From: Patescibacteria group bacterium
GTDB taxonomy: Bacteria; Patescibacteriota; Gracilibacteria; UBA1369; JAHKBB01
DNA length: 57,252 nucleotides
Assembly: GCA_043820285.1 (NCBI GenBank)
Contig: JBDRDX010000011.1
Span: forward strand, 1-57,252
Direction: 5' to 3'
Positions 9,272-17,603 of the stretch are shown piece after piece (position 1 is the first letter of the stretch; every line of letters starts with the position of its first letter). Under the pieces are notes generated by a model. That model was given only the letters and a program-made list of their open reading frames with translations, was not told the origin of the DNA and ran no database searches. Position numbers and translations under genes: made by a program.

Positions 9272-9745
9272 TTAGTAAATGCCGTGAACAAATCTTAGCC
9301 ACAAATTCTTTAGCATCTCGTATGTAGCTTGAGCCAGATTCGCGAGTATGTGCTTTAGCTCCCGGAGTTTCTGAACGATGATGTTCAATTGATAAAAGTT
9401 TCTATTTGCAGGGTTGTGAAGAATTCGATTTCTCTGCTTTTCAAGCTGCCCAACCTCTTTTGAAATAGCCCTGTCAACTTCCTTTCTCATTTTCTCCTCT
9501 GTTGGGGGATTTTTTAGCAACTCCGCCTTAAGCTGCTTCGCCTTGTAAGCCTTTGCCTTTGCGGTGGAAGCGGCCTTGCGCTCTTGCGCTTTCTCTTTTT
9601 TCTCAGTGACTTCCTTTGGAATTTCTACAGCTTCAATTTGCTCAGCAATCTCTGAAGCCCCAGGCATAGCAGAATCAACCTTTCCATAAGATTGTTCTTG
9701 AACTTTCTTCAGTTCCTCCGGTTTTTCACTATGGTAATTTGTCAT
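9272..9745 (-). CDS. Hypothetical K/E-rich coiled-coil protein
   Basis: 157-aa ORF in a gap with no competing gene. No recognisable motif. Confidence 0.45.
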   Translation of the reverse strand: MTNYHSEKPEELKKVQEQSYGKVDSAMPGASEIAEQIEAVEIPKEVTEKKEKAQERKAASTAKAKAYKAKQLKAELLKNPPTEEKMRKEVDRAISKEVGQLEKQRNRILHNPANRNFYQLNIIVQKLRELKHILANLAQATYEMLKNLWLRFVHGIY

Positions 9746-9838
9746 TACAGCTTAATTATATGCACAAACCGTAATTTTGTCAACTCTTTCTATCCATCAA
9801 ATTATGTAGTAGTATCTACAAGAAAATTAACATACTTA

Positions 9839-12448
9839 GTGGAAGGAAATATAGCAAAAATATTCGACCCAAGCAAATACGAAAATCGCATATATCAGAA
9901 ATGGGAGAAAGCGGGAGCTTTTAAGCCTAATAATAAAAAGGGCGCAAAACCTTTCACGATCTCTATGCCGCCTCCAAATGCTACGGGTCAGCTCCACCTC
10001 GGCCACGCGATGATGCTGGCTATTCAAGACATAATGGCCAGGTACCACAGAATGAAAGGGGACTGCACCCTCTGGCTTCCGGGTACAGATCATGCCGCTA
10101 TTGCTACACAAAACAAAGTTGAAAAGGAACTGGCAAAAAAAGGAATTTCTCGGCATGACCTCGGAAGAGCTAAATTTCTCCAAGAAGTTCGTAAATATGT
10201 TAAGAATTCTCAATCCACCATCCGAAACCAAATACGCAAAGTCGGTTCAAGCTGTGACTGGTCCAGAGAAAGATACACAATGGACGACACCCTTACAAAT
10301 GCGGTTTTGGAAGTATTCATACGAATGTACAAAGACGGGCTCATATACCGCGGAGACAGGATCGTAAACTGGTGCCCAAGATGCTATTCCACACTCGCGG
10401 ATGATGAAGTTGAGTACAGGGAAGAAAAAGGCAAACTATATTGGATAAAATACGGGCCATTCAAGCTCGCAACAACACGTCCGGAAACAAAACTTGGCGA
10501 TACCGCAGTTGCGGTAAATCCAAAGGACAAGAGATACAAACATATGGTTGGAAAGAAATATATGATCCCGGGGGTTTTGGGCGAATTTGAAGTAACTGTA
10601 ATTGCGGATGACGCCGTAGATATTGAATTTGGGTCGGGCGCGGTAAAAGTAACTCCGGCACACAGTTTCGCGGATTTTGAGATGGCTCAAAAACACGGAA
10701 TCCCCGCAAAGAAAGTCATCGATGAAGATGGGAAGATGATGGAAAATTGCGGAAAATATGCCGGCATGCCGGTTGCGAAATGCAGAGAAGCAATATTGAA
10801 AGATATGAAGAAAATGGGACTTTTGCTCAAGGAAGAAGAATATGATCACAAACTGTCTGTTTGCTATAGATGCGACACGGCGGTTGAGCCATTAACCTCA
10901 GAACAATGGTTCGTAGATGTAGATAAAAAAGGTAAGTCATTGAAGAAAAAATCCATAGAAGTTGTACGAAACGGGAAGATCAAAATTATCCCGGAAAGAT
11001 TCGAAAAAACATACTTCCACTGGATGGAAAATCTGCACGATTGGTGCATCTCAAGACAAATCTGGTGGGGACACAGAATCCCTGTTTGGTACTGCAGGGA
11101 TTGCGATGAAATAATTGTCCGAAAGGCTACTCCGAAGAAATGCCCAAAATGTAAGTCAGACAAATTAAAGCAAGATAACGACACGCTGGACACGTGGTTT
11201 TCATCCGGACTTTGGACATTCTCCACACTTGGATGGCCAAAAAAAGACGGAGAGTTTAAAAAATTCCACCCGACAAATGTAATGGAAACGGGATACGACA
11301 TTCTGTTCTTCTGGATCGCGAGAATGATCCTCATGACAACATACGCAACGGGAGAAATCCCATTCCACTACGTGTATCTACATGGACTAATCCGCGACAA
11401 AAACGGCGAGAAAATGAGTAAATCAAAGCCGGAAACCTGCATTGACCCATTGGACATGATCGAAAAATACGGAGCGGACGCACTTCGCCTAAGCTTCATC
11501 ATCGGAGCTACAGCCGGAAATGACATCAAGCTATATGAAGAAAAGATCGCGGGATTCAGAAACTTTATTAATAAAATCTGGAACGCATCAAGATTTGCGA
11601 TGATGAACATCCTGGACAAGGACAAAAAGGTCAAATTCAGCAAACGCCACATAAAGTCCAGAGCGGACAAATGGATCATCACACGCCTCGAAAAATTGAT
11701 CCAAGAAACGACCGAAAACCTGGAAAAATTCCATTTCTCAGAAGCCGGACTAAAGATATATGACTTCCTATGGGGAGACCTTTGCGACTGGTATCTGGAA
11801 ATCACAAAAGGGGAGCACAAAAACCCGGTCGTCCTGTACCACGTCCTCAAAAACACATTAAAACTCTTGCACCCATTCGTACCATTCATAACAGAGGCAA
11901 TTTGGGAAAATCTCGGCGAAAAAGAAACGCTAATAACCTCCACGTGGCCAAAATACGACAAATCCCTGGTATATCCAAAAGAAGCCAAAGAAATGGAGTT
12001 AATCCACGAAGTAATTTCCTCAATCCGAAGAATGCGCGAAAAATATTCAGTTCCAATAAAAAAACAGATACACGCAGTCATATATGCGGGCAGTACAGCA
12101 AAAGCGTTAAAAGCAAAATCCGAACCAATAATGAGGCTCAGCTCAGTAGCCAAACTCGACATCAAAGCAAAAGGCCCAAAAATAAAGAAATCAGTATCAG
12201 CCTTCCTGAAAGGCATCGAAATCTACCTCCCGCTCGAAGACCTGGTCGACGCGGACAAAGAGAAAAAACGCATCCAAAACGAAATCGACTACAAACAAGG
12301 CTTCGTAAAACAGGTCCAAATAAAACTCCACAACAAAAACTTCGTAGACCGCGCTCCAAAACAAGTGGTCGAAAAAGAAAAGCGAAAACTTAGCGAGGCG
12401 GAGGATATGATCAAGAAACTCCAGAAACAGTTAAGGGAGCTAAATTGA
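9839..12448 (+). CDS. valS: Valyl-tRNA synthetase (start uncertain, probably GTG 9839)
   Basis: HIGH-type motif PPPNATGQLHLGHA, KMSKS, and a C-terminal coiled coil. There is no in-frame ATG near the conserved N-terminus (IFDPSKYENRIYQKWE). The track start at 9692 overlaps the divergent upstream gene. Confidence 0.93.
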   Translation: MEGNIAKIFDPSKYENRIYQKWEKAGAFKPNNKKGAKPFTISMPPPNATGQLHLGHAMMLAIQDIMARYHRMKGDCTLWLPGTDHAAIATQNKVEKELAKKGISRHDLGRAKFLQEVRKYVKNSQSTIRNQIRKVGSSCDWSRERYTMDDTLTNAVLEVFIRMYKDGLIYRGDRIVNWCPRCYSTLADDEVEYREEKGKLYWIKYGPFKLATTRPETKLGDTAVAVNPKDKRYKHMVGKKYMIPGVLGEFEVTVIADDAVDIEFGSGAVKVTPAHSFADFEMAQKHGIPAKKVIDEDGKMMENCGKYAGMPVAKCREAILKDMKKMGLLLKEEEYDHKLSVCYRCDTAVEPLTSEQWFVDVDKKGKSLKKKSIEVVRNGKIKIIPERFEKTYFHWMENLHDWCISRQIWWGHRIPVWYCRDCDEIIVRKATPKKCPKCKSDKLKQDNDTLDTWFSSGLWTFSTLGWPKKDGEFKKFHPTNVMETGYDILFFWIARMILMTTYATGEIPFHYVYLHGLIRDKNGEKMSKSKPETCIDPLDMIEKYGADALRLSFIIGATAGNDIKLYEEKIAGFRNFINKIWNASRFAMMNILDKDKKVKFSKRHIKSRADKWIITRLEKLIQETTENLEKFHFSEAGLKIYDFLWGDLCDWYLEITKGEHKNPVVLYHVLKNTLKLLHPFVPFITEAIWENLGEKETLITSTWPKYDKSLVYPKEAKEMELIHEVISSIRRMREKYSVPIKKQIHAVIYAGSTAKALKAKSEPIMRLSSVAKLDIKAKGPKIKKSVSAFLKGIEIYLPLEDLVDADKEKKRIQNEIDYKQGFVKQVQIKLHNKNFVDRAPKQVVEKEKRKLSEAEDMIKKLQKQLRELN

Positions 12449-12490
12449 CCCCTCCTCTTAAAGATGCTATAATAATAAAAACAAAACCAT

Positions 12491-13411
12491 ATGGCGAAGA
12501 ACTCCGATCAAATACTTGGGAGGATTCAGATGCTCATTGAAACAGGTGAGCATTTAAAAGCATACCACCTTTGTGTGGAGCTTTTGAAAGTCAATCCGGA
12601 AAATGGAAAGGCGGCAAGGATAATGAATGAACTTGAGGGAAAGATCCAAAAACAGCATATCATGGAGATAAAGGAACAGATCAGAGCCCTGGATCCACTT
12701 TGGGAACAAGGGAAATATCCGGAACTTGTACAAAGAATCCACGATTTATATGAACTGGCTCCAAACTATGGACCGATTGAGGAGCTGATGATAAAAGCTG
12801 AAACAAAATATAAAGAACAGATTGAAAAGCAGAAAAGAAAATTTTTAGAAGACTACGAAGCGGAATTAGAAAAGCTATTTGACGAAGATAAATACGAAGA
12901 TCTCGTATTCAAAACAGCAAAAACTTTAGCCGCATATCCTTCAAACGAAAGACTAAAAGAGCTGGGAATAAAAATGCGCACAAAAATGGTCAAAGCGGAA
13001 TTAGAGAAAAACAAACCACTGTTGGGATCAAGCGACTATGTTGGCATTGTTAAATTTCTTAACAAACTAAAGACGATCGAGCCAAGCTATGAAAAACTCG
13101 ACAAACTTCTCATCAAATACAAAAAGAAAGGACTAACAAATCTCTCAGATAAACAACAGGAATTCGTGTATAGGGGACTATCTCACGCAGAAACACTATT
13201 GCAACTAAAAAAATATGAAGCGGCAGCAATCATTTCCGCAGAGGTTTTGGAAATCGACCCGTTAAACAAAAAAGCGAAAGCGGTGTATGAGGAAGCTTCT
13301 CGCAAAGCCGACAAGCAAATCCAAAAGGAAACAGTCCAAAAAATCAAGGACGAGTACGCACAACTAAAGCGGGAATACAAAGCGGATTCGGAATTATTTA
13401 TCAGGGTCTAA
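12491..13411 (+). CDS. Hypothetical TPR-like/coiled-coil protein
   Basis: 306 aa, helical and K/E-rich. TPR-like segments include AYHLCVELLKVNPENGKA and AEVLEIDPLNKKAKAVYEEA. Confidence 0.45.
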   Translation: MAKNSDQILGRIQMLIETGEHLKAYHLCVELLKVNPENGKAARIMNELEGKIQKQHIMEIKEQIRALDPLWEQGKYPELVQRIHDLYELAPNYGPIEELMIKAETKYKEQIEKQKRKFLEDYEAELEKLFDEDKYEDLVFKTAKTLAAYPSNERLKELGIKMRTKMVKAELEKNKPLLGSSDYVGIVKFLNKLKTIEPSYEKLDKLLIKYKKKGLTNLSDKQQEFVYRGLSHAETLLQLKKYEAAAIISAEVLEIDPLNKKAKAVYEEASRKADKQIQKETVQKIKDEYAQLKREYKADSELFIRV

Positions 13412-14463
13412 GCAAGTTTGTACTGCCTTCGACCAACCCTCTCAAATTTTTTGCCGTTCTTTAGAGCCAAGACAATAGTAATCTTCTTCACCTGTCTGCA
13501 CCGCAAAACTTCCTCTACAATCTCATCTTGAGACATGGTTTTCTTCGCTTTTAGAAGCTTTACAATTACATCCGCGACCGTACCTCTTTCATAACCCCAT
13601 TCTTTCAGCGCGTAGATACCGCGGCCGATAAGAACAAATTCCGGATGACGGATAAGTTCATTGTGAACCGCCTGAGTGTTAACGATTTTACTGTCGAAAT
13701 GAAGTTCAGTAATTTTGTTTGAAATATCCACAAAGTGCATCGGCTTTTTGCTCTCGCGAAGAATAAAGAAAATCTTGTCACGAAGCGTACGCGGGTTGAT
13801 ATGTCTCCAGTCCATGAGCCCTACAGCGCTGTCCAAAACCTTGATTCTCTTATCAATTTCCATAATGGACATAATAAGCTCAGACGGGATAGACCTGGAC
13901 TTAAACAACTTGGAAATTTCAGCGGCAAACTTATCGCTTTTTGCAACATCACCTTTCTTTTGCAAAAGCTTGATCGCTTTGTCCGAAACATCTTTTACAA
14001 ATCCATCATCAACAGTCTTCGCCTTAAAATACGGAGTAAAATAAATGGTATTCCCAACATGAACAAATTCACTGTGAAGACTCAAAGACAGACGAATCGC
14101 ATCCACATCAACGTCCTTAGTTTTACTCACGAGGTTAATGAGCTCCGCGAGCATCTTCCTCTCGGAAATCAGATTCCCATTGTCTTTTAAAATGTTTTCG
14201 GCATACTCAAGCACACCGGTCAGACCGGTATTAAACACATTTCGTCGCAGTTTGGTAAGCGCGCTTTTCTCAATTTGACGAATCCTTTCACGTGTAACAC
14301 TGAAGTGTCGACCAATCTCTTCCAGAGTATGCCTGCGTTTGTGATCGAGATTGAAACGTTTTTGAATAACCACCTTTTCTTTATCGGAAAGAAGAACAAG
14401 AAGATTTTTAACCAGATCCGAGACATTAACTAAAGTTTTTTGAAGATCATCTTGGGTTGTCAT
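13408..14463 (-). CDS. Paralog of the 6073 gene: sigma region-4-like HTH plus HARE-HTH/winged-helix protein
   Basis: Collinear with the 6073 product over its full length. Shared segments: LSDKEKVVIQKRFNL...HTLEEIGRHFSVTRERIRQIEKSALTKLRR and MHFVDISNKI...VLIGRGIYALKEWGYERGTVADVI. Confidence 0.7.
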   Translation of the reverse strand: MTTQDDLQKTLVNVSDLVKNLLVLLSDKEKVVIQKRFNLDHKRRHTLEEIGRHFSVTRERIRQIEKSALTKLRRNVFNTGLTGVLEYAENILKDNGNLISERKMLAELINLVSKTKDVDVDAIRLSLSLHSEFVHVGNTIYFTPYFKAKTVDDGFVKDVSDKAIKLLQKKGDVAKSDKFAAEISKLFKSRSIPSELIMSIMEIDKRIKVLDSAVGLMDWRHINPRTLRDKIFFILRESKKPMHFVDISNKITELHFDSKIVNTQAVHNELIRHPEFVLIGRGIYALKEWGYERGTVADVIVKLLKAKKTMSQDEIVEEVLRCRQVKKITIVLALKNGKKFERVGRRQYKLA

Positions 14464-14569
14464 ATTTTTGTATTTAAGTTTATCTCAATTTGAAATTATA
14501 AATCACAAATTAAATATGGGAAGTAAAAAGACTTGGCAACATGTCAAATTGATTTTTAATTCAACATTT

Positions 14570-15238
14570 TCAAGATGGATCGAAGAGATACCCAACGCAG
14601 TTGATTGTTTGTATGTACGTCTTATTTGAGCCGGTGCCAATTTTTTTGCGCAGCTTACTAATATGAACATCAATGGTATTGGTCATAATTTCCGTATTCC
14701 TGTCCCAAACATTCTCAACAATTTCAGTGCGTGGAAGTACTCTTTTAGGATTCATCATCAGATATTCCATCAAAGCAAATTCCTTGTTCCTAAGCGGGAC
14801 AATCCTATTGCTCTTCCTTAAAATCCTTTTTGACATGTCCAAGGTAAAGGATCTGGCCTTTATCACATTGTCACCTTTCTTGCTTTTTGAAAGATAAACA
14901 AGATATTTGATCTGCATAGCAATAAGTGAAAATGAAAACGGGCGCGAAAAAATAAGATCGCAGGAGGCGTCACGAAGTTCCAGTTCAAATTCATCACTAA
15001 TACTCTCGGCCATGAAGATGATTGGCGTGACACTTCTTTTTTCGCGCAAATTCTTCACAAGCAGTAAATCCTTCTCCGGATTTTTAGACAATATTAAAAA
15101 AGCATCCTTTGACAGATGCTGTGGCTCAATTGAACTGTTTTCGATAAAACAAAATTCGGATCCAATATTTTCGTAAGCCAAACCCTTTTGTACAAAATTT
15201 GCATAGTCGTGGTTGTAGCACATGACAGCAATTTGCAT
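14570..15238 (-). CDS. OmpR/PhoB-type winged-helix regulator with a degenerate (pseudo-)receiver domain
   Basis: C-terminal trans_reg_C pattern: LTLDMSKR...VPLRNKEFALMEYLMMNPKRVLPRTEIVENVWD...TNTIDVHISKLRKKIG...YIQTINCVGYLF. The N-terminal roughly 120 aa is receiver-like but lacks the acidic pocket. Start set at the internal ATG 15238. Confidence 0.7.
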   Translation of the reverse strand: MQIAVMCYNHDYANFVQKGLAYENIGSEFCFIENSSIEPQHLSKDAFLILSKNPEKDLLLVKNLREKRSVTPIIFMAESISDEFELELRDASCDLIFSRPFSFSLIAMQIKYLVYLSKSKKGDNVIKARSFTLDMSKRILRKSNRIVPLRNKEFALMEYLMMNPKRVLPRTEIVENVWDRNTEIMTNTIDVHISKLRKKIGTGSNKTYIQTINCVGYLFDPS

Positions 15239-15450
15239 GAGATTACACGGGTCAACTTGTTGAGGAGGGCATAATGTACCAAAGCCGATACATTGCAAAA
15301 TTGTTGACTCGCGACAACAGCCCGAAAGGGCTTAAGAAAGCCGCAAAACACAATCTACGGTTTCTGTTGAGCAGTGCCAACAACAGACCCTTTATATTGC
15401 AATAAGAATAGATCTGTGAAAAAATATTAAAGAAATTAACCAATAAAAAT

Positions 15451-15699
15451 ATGGTGGATGAAAAGAAAATTTCAGTAAAAATCACCGAAGACAAAGAAGG
15501 AGGAATTTACATAAATGCGATTTCTGTACACGTCAACTCAAATGAAGTGACCATCGATCTCGGTTATATTCTCCCAAATGTAAAACCGACAACAATAAAG
15601 CTTCTTCAAAGAGCAAACATGAGTCACAAAACAGCGGAATCGTTCATGAACGTACTCTCAAACGCAATGTTAGACTTCCGTAACAAGCAAAAGAAATGA
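15451..15699 (+). CDS. DUF3467-family small protein
   Basis: 82 aa. [26 protein letters not shown]...[17 protein letters not shown] matches my memory of the DUF3467 pattern. ATGA overlap with dtd. Confidence 0.55.
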   Translation: MVDEKKISVKITEDKEGGIYINAISVHVNSNEVTIDLGYILPNVKPTTIKLLQRANMSHKTAESFMNVLSNAMLDFRNKQKK

Positions 15700-16133
15700 A
15701 AGCCCTGATTCAGCGCGTAAAGAAGTCCAGCGTCACCGCGGGTGATGAAGTGGTGGGGAAAATCGGCAAAGGCCTGCTTATTCTACTTGGCGTAACTCAC
15801 GAAGACACAGAAAAGAACATCGCCCCATTAGTCGAAAAAATAGTAAACCTGCGAATCTTTGAGGACGGCGAAAAACATTTTGAAAAATCACTCATGGAAA
15901 TCCAAGGAGAGACATTGGTAGTTTCGCAATTCACGCTGTACGGAAGTACGAAAAAGGGCAGACGTCCGGAATTTACGAAAGCGGCAAAGCCGGAACACGC
16001 GGAAGAACTATACGAAAAATTCGTAGAAGAGTTCCGCAAAACCGGCCTGAAAGTCGAAACCGGAAAATTCAGGGAAATGATGGACGTTTCACTGGTAAAC
16101 GACGGCCCGGTAACATTAATGATTGAAAGCTAG
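15696..16133 (+). CDS. dtd: D-aminoacyl-tRNA deacylase
   Basis: 145 aa. MKALIQRV start, SQFTLYG, and C-terminal NDGPVTL. Confidence 0.9.
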   Translation: MKALIQRVKKSSVTAGDEVVGKIGKGLLILLGVTHEDTEKNIAPLVEKIVNLRIFEDGEKHFEKSLMEIQGETLVVSQFTLYGSTKKGRRPEFTKAAKPEHAEELYEKFVEEFRKTGLKVETGKFREMMDVSLVNDGPVTLMIES

Positions 16134-16159
16134 AAGCTAATCAGATAATATACTCACCG

Positions 16160-17518
16160 ATGGAAAAAATTGTTTCGCTTTGCAAAAGACGAGGATTTAT
16201 ATACCCGGGATCAGAGATCTATGGCGGTCTCGCAAATACCTGGGACTACGGCCCATACGGTGTTGAACTGAAAAATAACATCAAGCAATATTGGTGGCAG
16301 ACTTTTGTGAAGGGGAGAGAGGATATGGTTGGACTTGATGCATCAATCCTCATGAATCCAAAAGTTTGGGAAGCTTCCGGACATGTAGGAAACTTTGCTG
16401 ATCCATTAATGGACTGTAAAGAATGCAAGGAAAGACTCAGGGGAGACAAGCTAATCGAAGAAAAACTGGGAGTAGAAGCCGCAGCGGGTAAGTCATTAAA
16501 AGAAATTGTGGAAATAATTAAAAAAGAAGGAATAGAATGTCCAAACTGCGGAAGTAAAGATTTTACGAAAGCCAGAGAGTTCAATCTTATGTTCAAAACT
16601 CACCATGGAGTTATCGAAGAGGAGGCGGCTTTGGTGTACTTAAGACCGGAAACAGCCCAAGGAATTTTTGTAAATTTCAAGAACATTATCCAAACTTGCA
16701 GGCAGCATGTTCCATTCGGAATCGGGCAGATCGGAAAGGCTTTCAGAAATGAAATTACACCAGGGAACTTCACATACAGAACACGAGAATTTGAGCAAAT
16801 GGAAATAGAATATTTCATCAAGCCCGGCGATAAAAAAGAAGCAAAACGCGTTTTTGAAGACTGGAAAAAGAGGTGCTGGGATTGGTATATTTCACTCGGT
16901 ATCAAAAAAGACAACCTAAGATTCCGTGAACACAATAAAGACGAACTTTCACATTACTCATCAATGACCGTAGATATCGAATACCGCTTCCCATTCGGGT
17001 GGGGAGAATTAATGGGACTTGCGGATCGCGGACAATATGACTTGAGCCAGCACGAAAAATTTTCAGGAGCAGACCTCAAATACCAGGATCCACAAACCAA
17101 CGAAAAATACCTCCCGGCTGTTATCGAGCCGTCATTTGGCGTTGAAAGAACATTCTTGACGGTCTTACTGGACGCATATAAGGAAGACGAAGTAGATGGT
17201 GAAAGCAGAGTCGTGATGAAATTTGATCCGAAACTTGCCCCCGTAAAAGTAGCCGTTCTTCCACTAATGAAGAAAGATCCACTCGGACCAAAAGCACGTG
17301 AAATATTCGATATGCTCAAGGATAAATACAGATGTGAATACGACGACGGCGGATCAATCGGCAAAAGATACAGAAGACAAGATGAAATAGGAACCCCATA
17401 CGCGGTAACAGTCGATTTCGATACCATCGAGGACGAAACTGTTACACTTCGAGACAGAGATACCACTGCGCAAAAGAGAGTTAAGATCTCTGACCTGGAG
17501 AAAGTTATTGAGCTTTAA
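16160..17518 (+). CDS. glyQS: Glycyl-tRNA synthetase, dimeric class II type
   Basis: 452 aa. N-terminus CKRRGFIYPGSEIYGGLANTWDYGPYG, motif-2 region GKAFRNEITPGNF..RTREFEQME, and a C-terminal anticodon-binding domain. Confidence 0.95.
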   Translation: MEKIVSLCKRRGFIYPGSEIYGGLANTWDYGPYGVELKNNIKQYWWQTFVKGREDMVGLDASILMNPKVWEASGHVGNFADPLMDCKECKERLRGDKLIEEKLGVEAAAGKSLKEIVEIIKKEGIECPNCGSKDFTKAREFNLMFKTHHGVIEEEAALVYLRPETAQGIFVNFKNIIQTCRQHVPFGIGQIGKAFRNEITPGNFTYRTREFEQMEIEYFIKPGDKKEAKRVFEDWKKRCWDWYISLGIKKDNLRFREHNKDELSHYSSMTVDIEYRFPFGWGELMGLADRGQYDLSQHEKFSGADLKYQDPQTNEKYLPAVIEPSFGVERTFLTVLLDAYKEDEVDGESRVVMKFDPKLAPVKVAVLPLMKKDPLGPKAREIFDMLKDKYRCEYDDGGSIGKRYRRQDEIGTPYAVTVDFDTIEDETVTLRDRDTTAQKRVKISDLEKVIEL

Positions 17519-17541
17519 ATCGGCTTCAGGATTGCATAGGG

Positions 17542-17570
17542 TTGAAAAAAAGCCGTTTTTCTGGTAAAAT
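17542..17570 (+). promoter_or_regulatory. Promoter candidate (TTGAAA-17-TAAAAT with TGG immediately upstream of the -10)
   Basis: TTGAAA at 17542-17547, 17-nt spacer, tggTAAAAT at 17562-17570. About 34 nt upstream of ATG 17604. Confidence 0.35.
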
Positions 17571-17603
17571 ATATAGAAAAATCAAAACAAAATAACTTGA
17601 ATT

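Noticed and set aside
9692-9838. Long N-terminal extension of valS (track start 9692)
   Set aside because: The peptide is hydrophobic and non-conserved-looking, and it overlaps the divergent gene 9272-9745. The conserved ValRS N-terminus starts near the GTG at 9839.
11368-12393. 282-aa minus-strand and 207-aa plus-strand (alternate-frame) ORFs
   Set aside because: Both lie entirely inside valS. The alternate-frame product is an R/K/P-rich low-complexity translation. Both are shadow ORFs.
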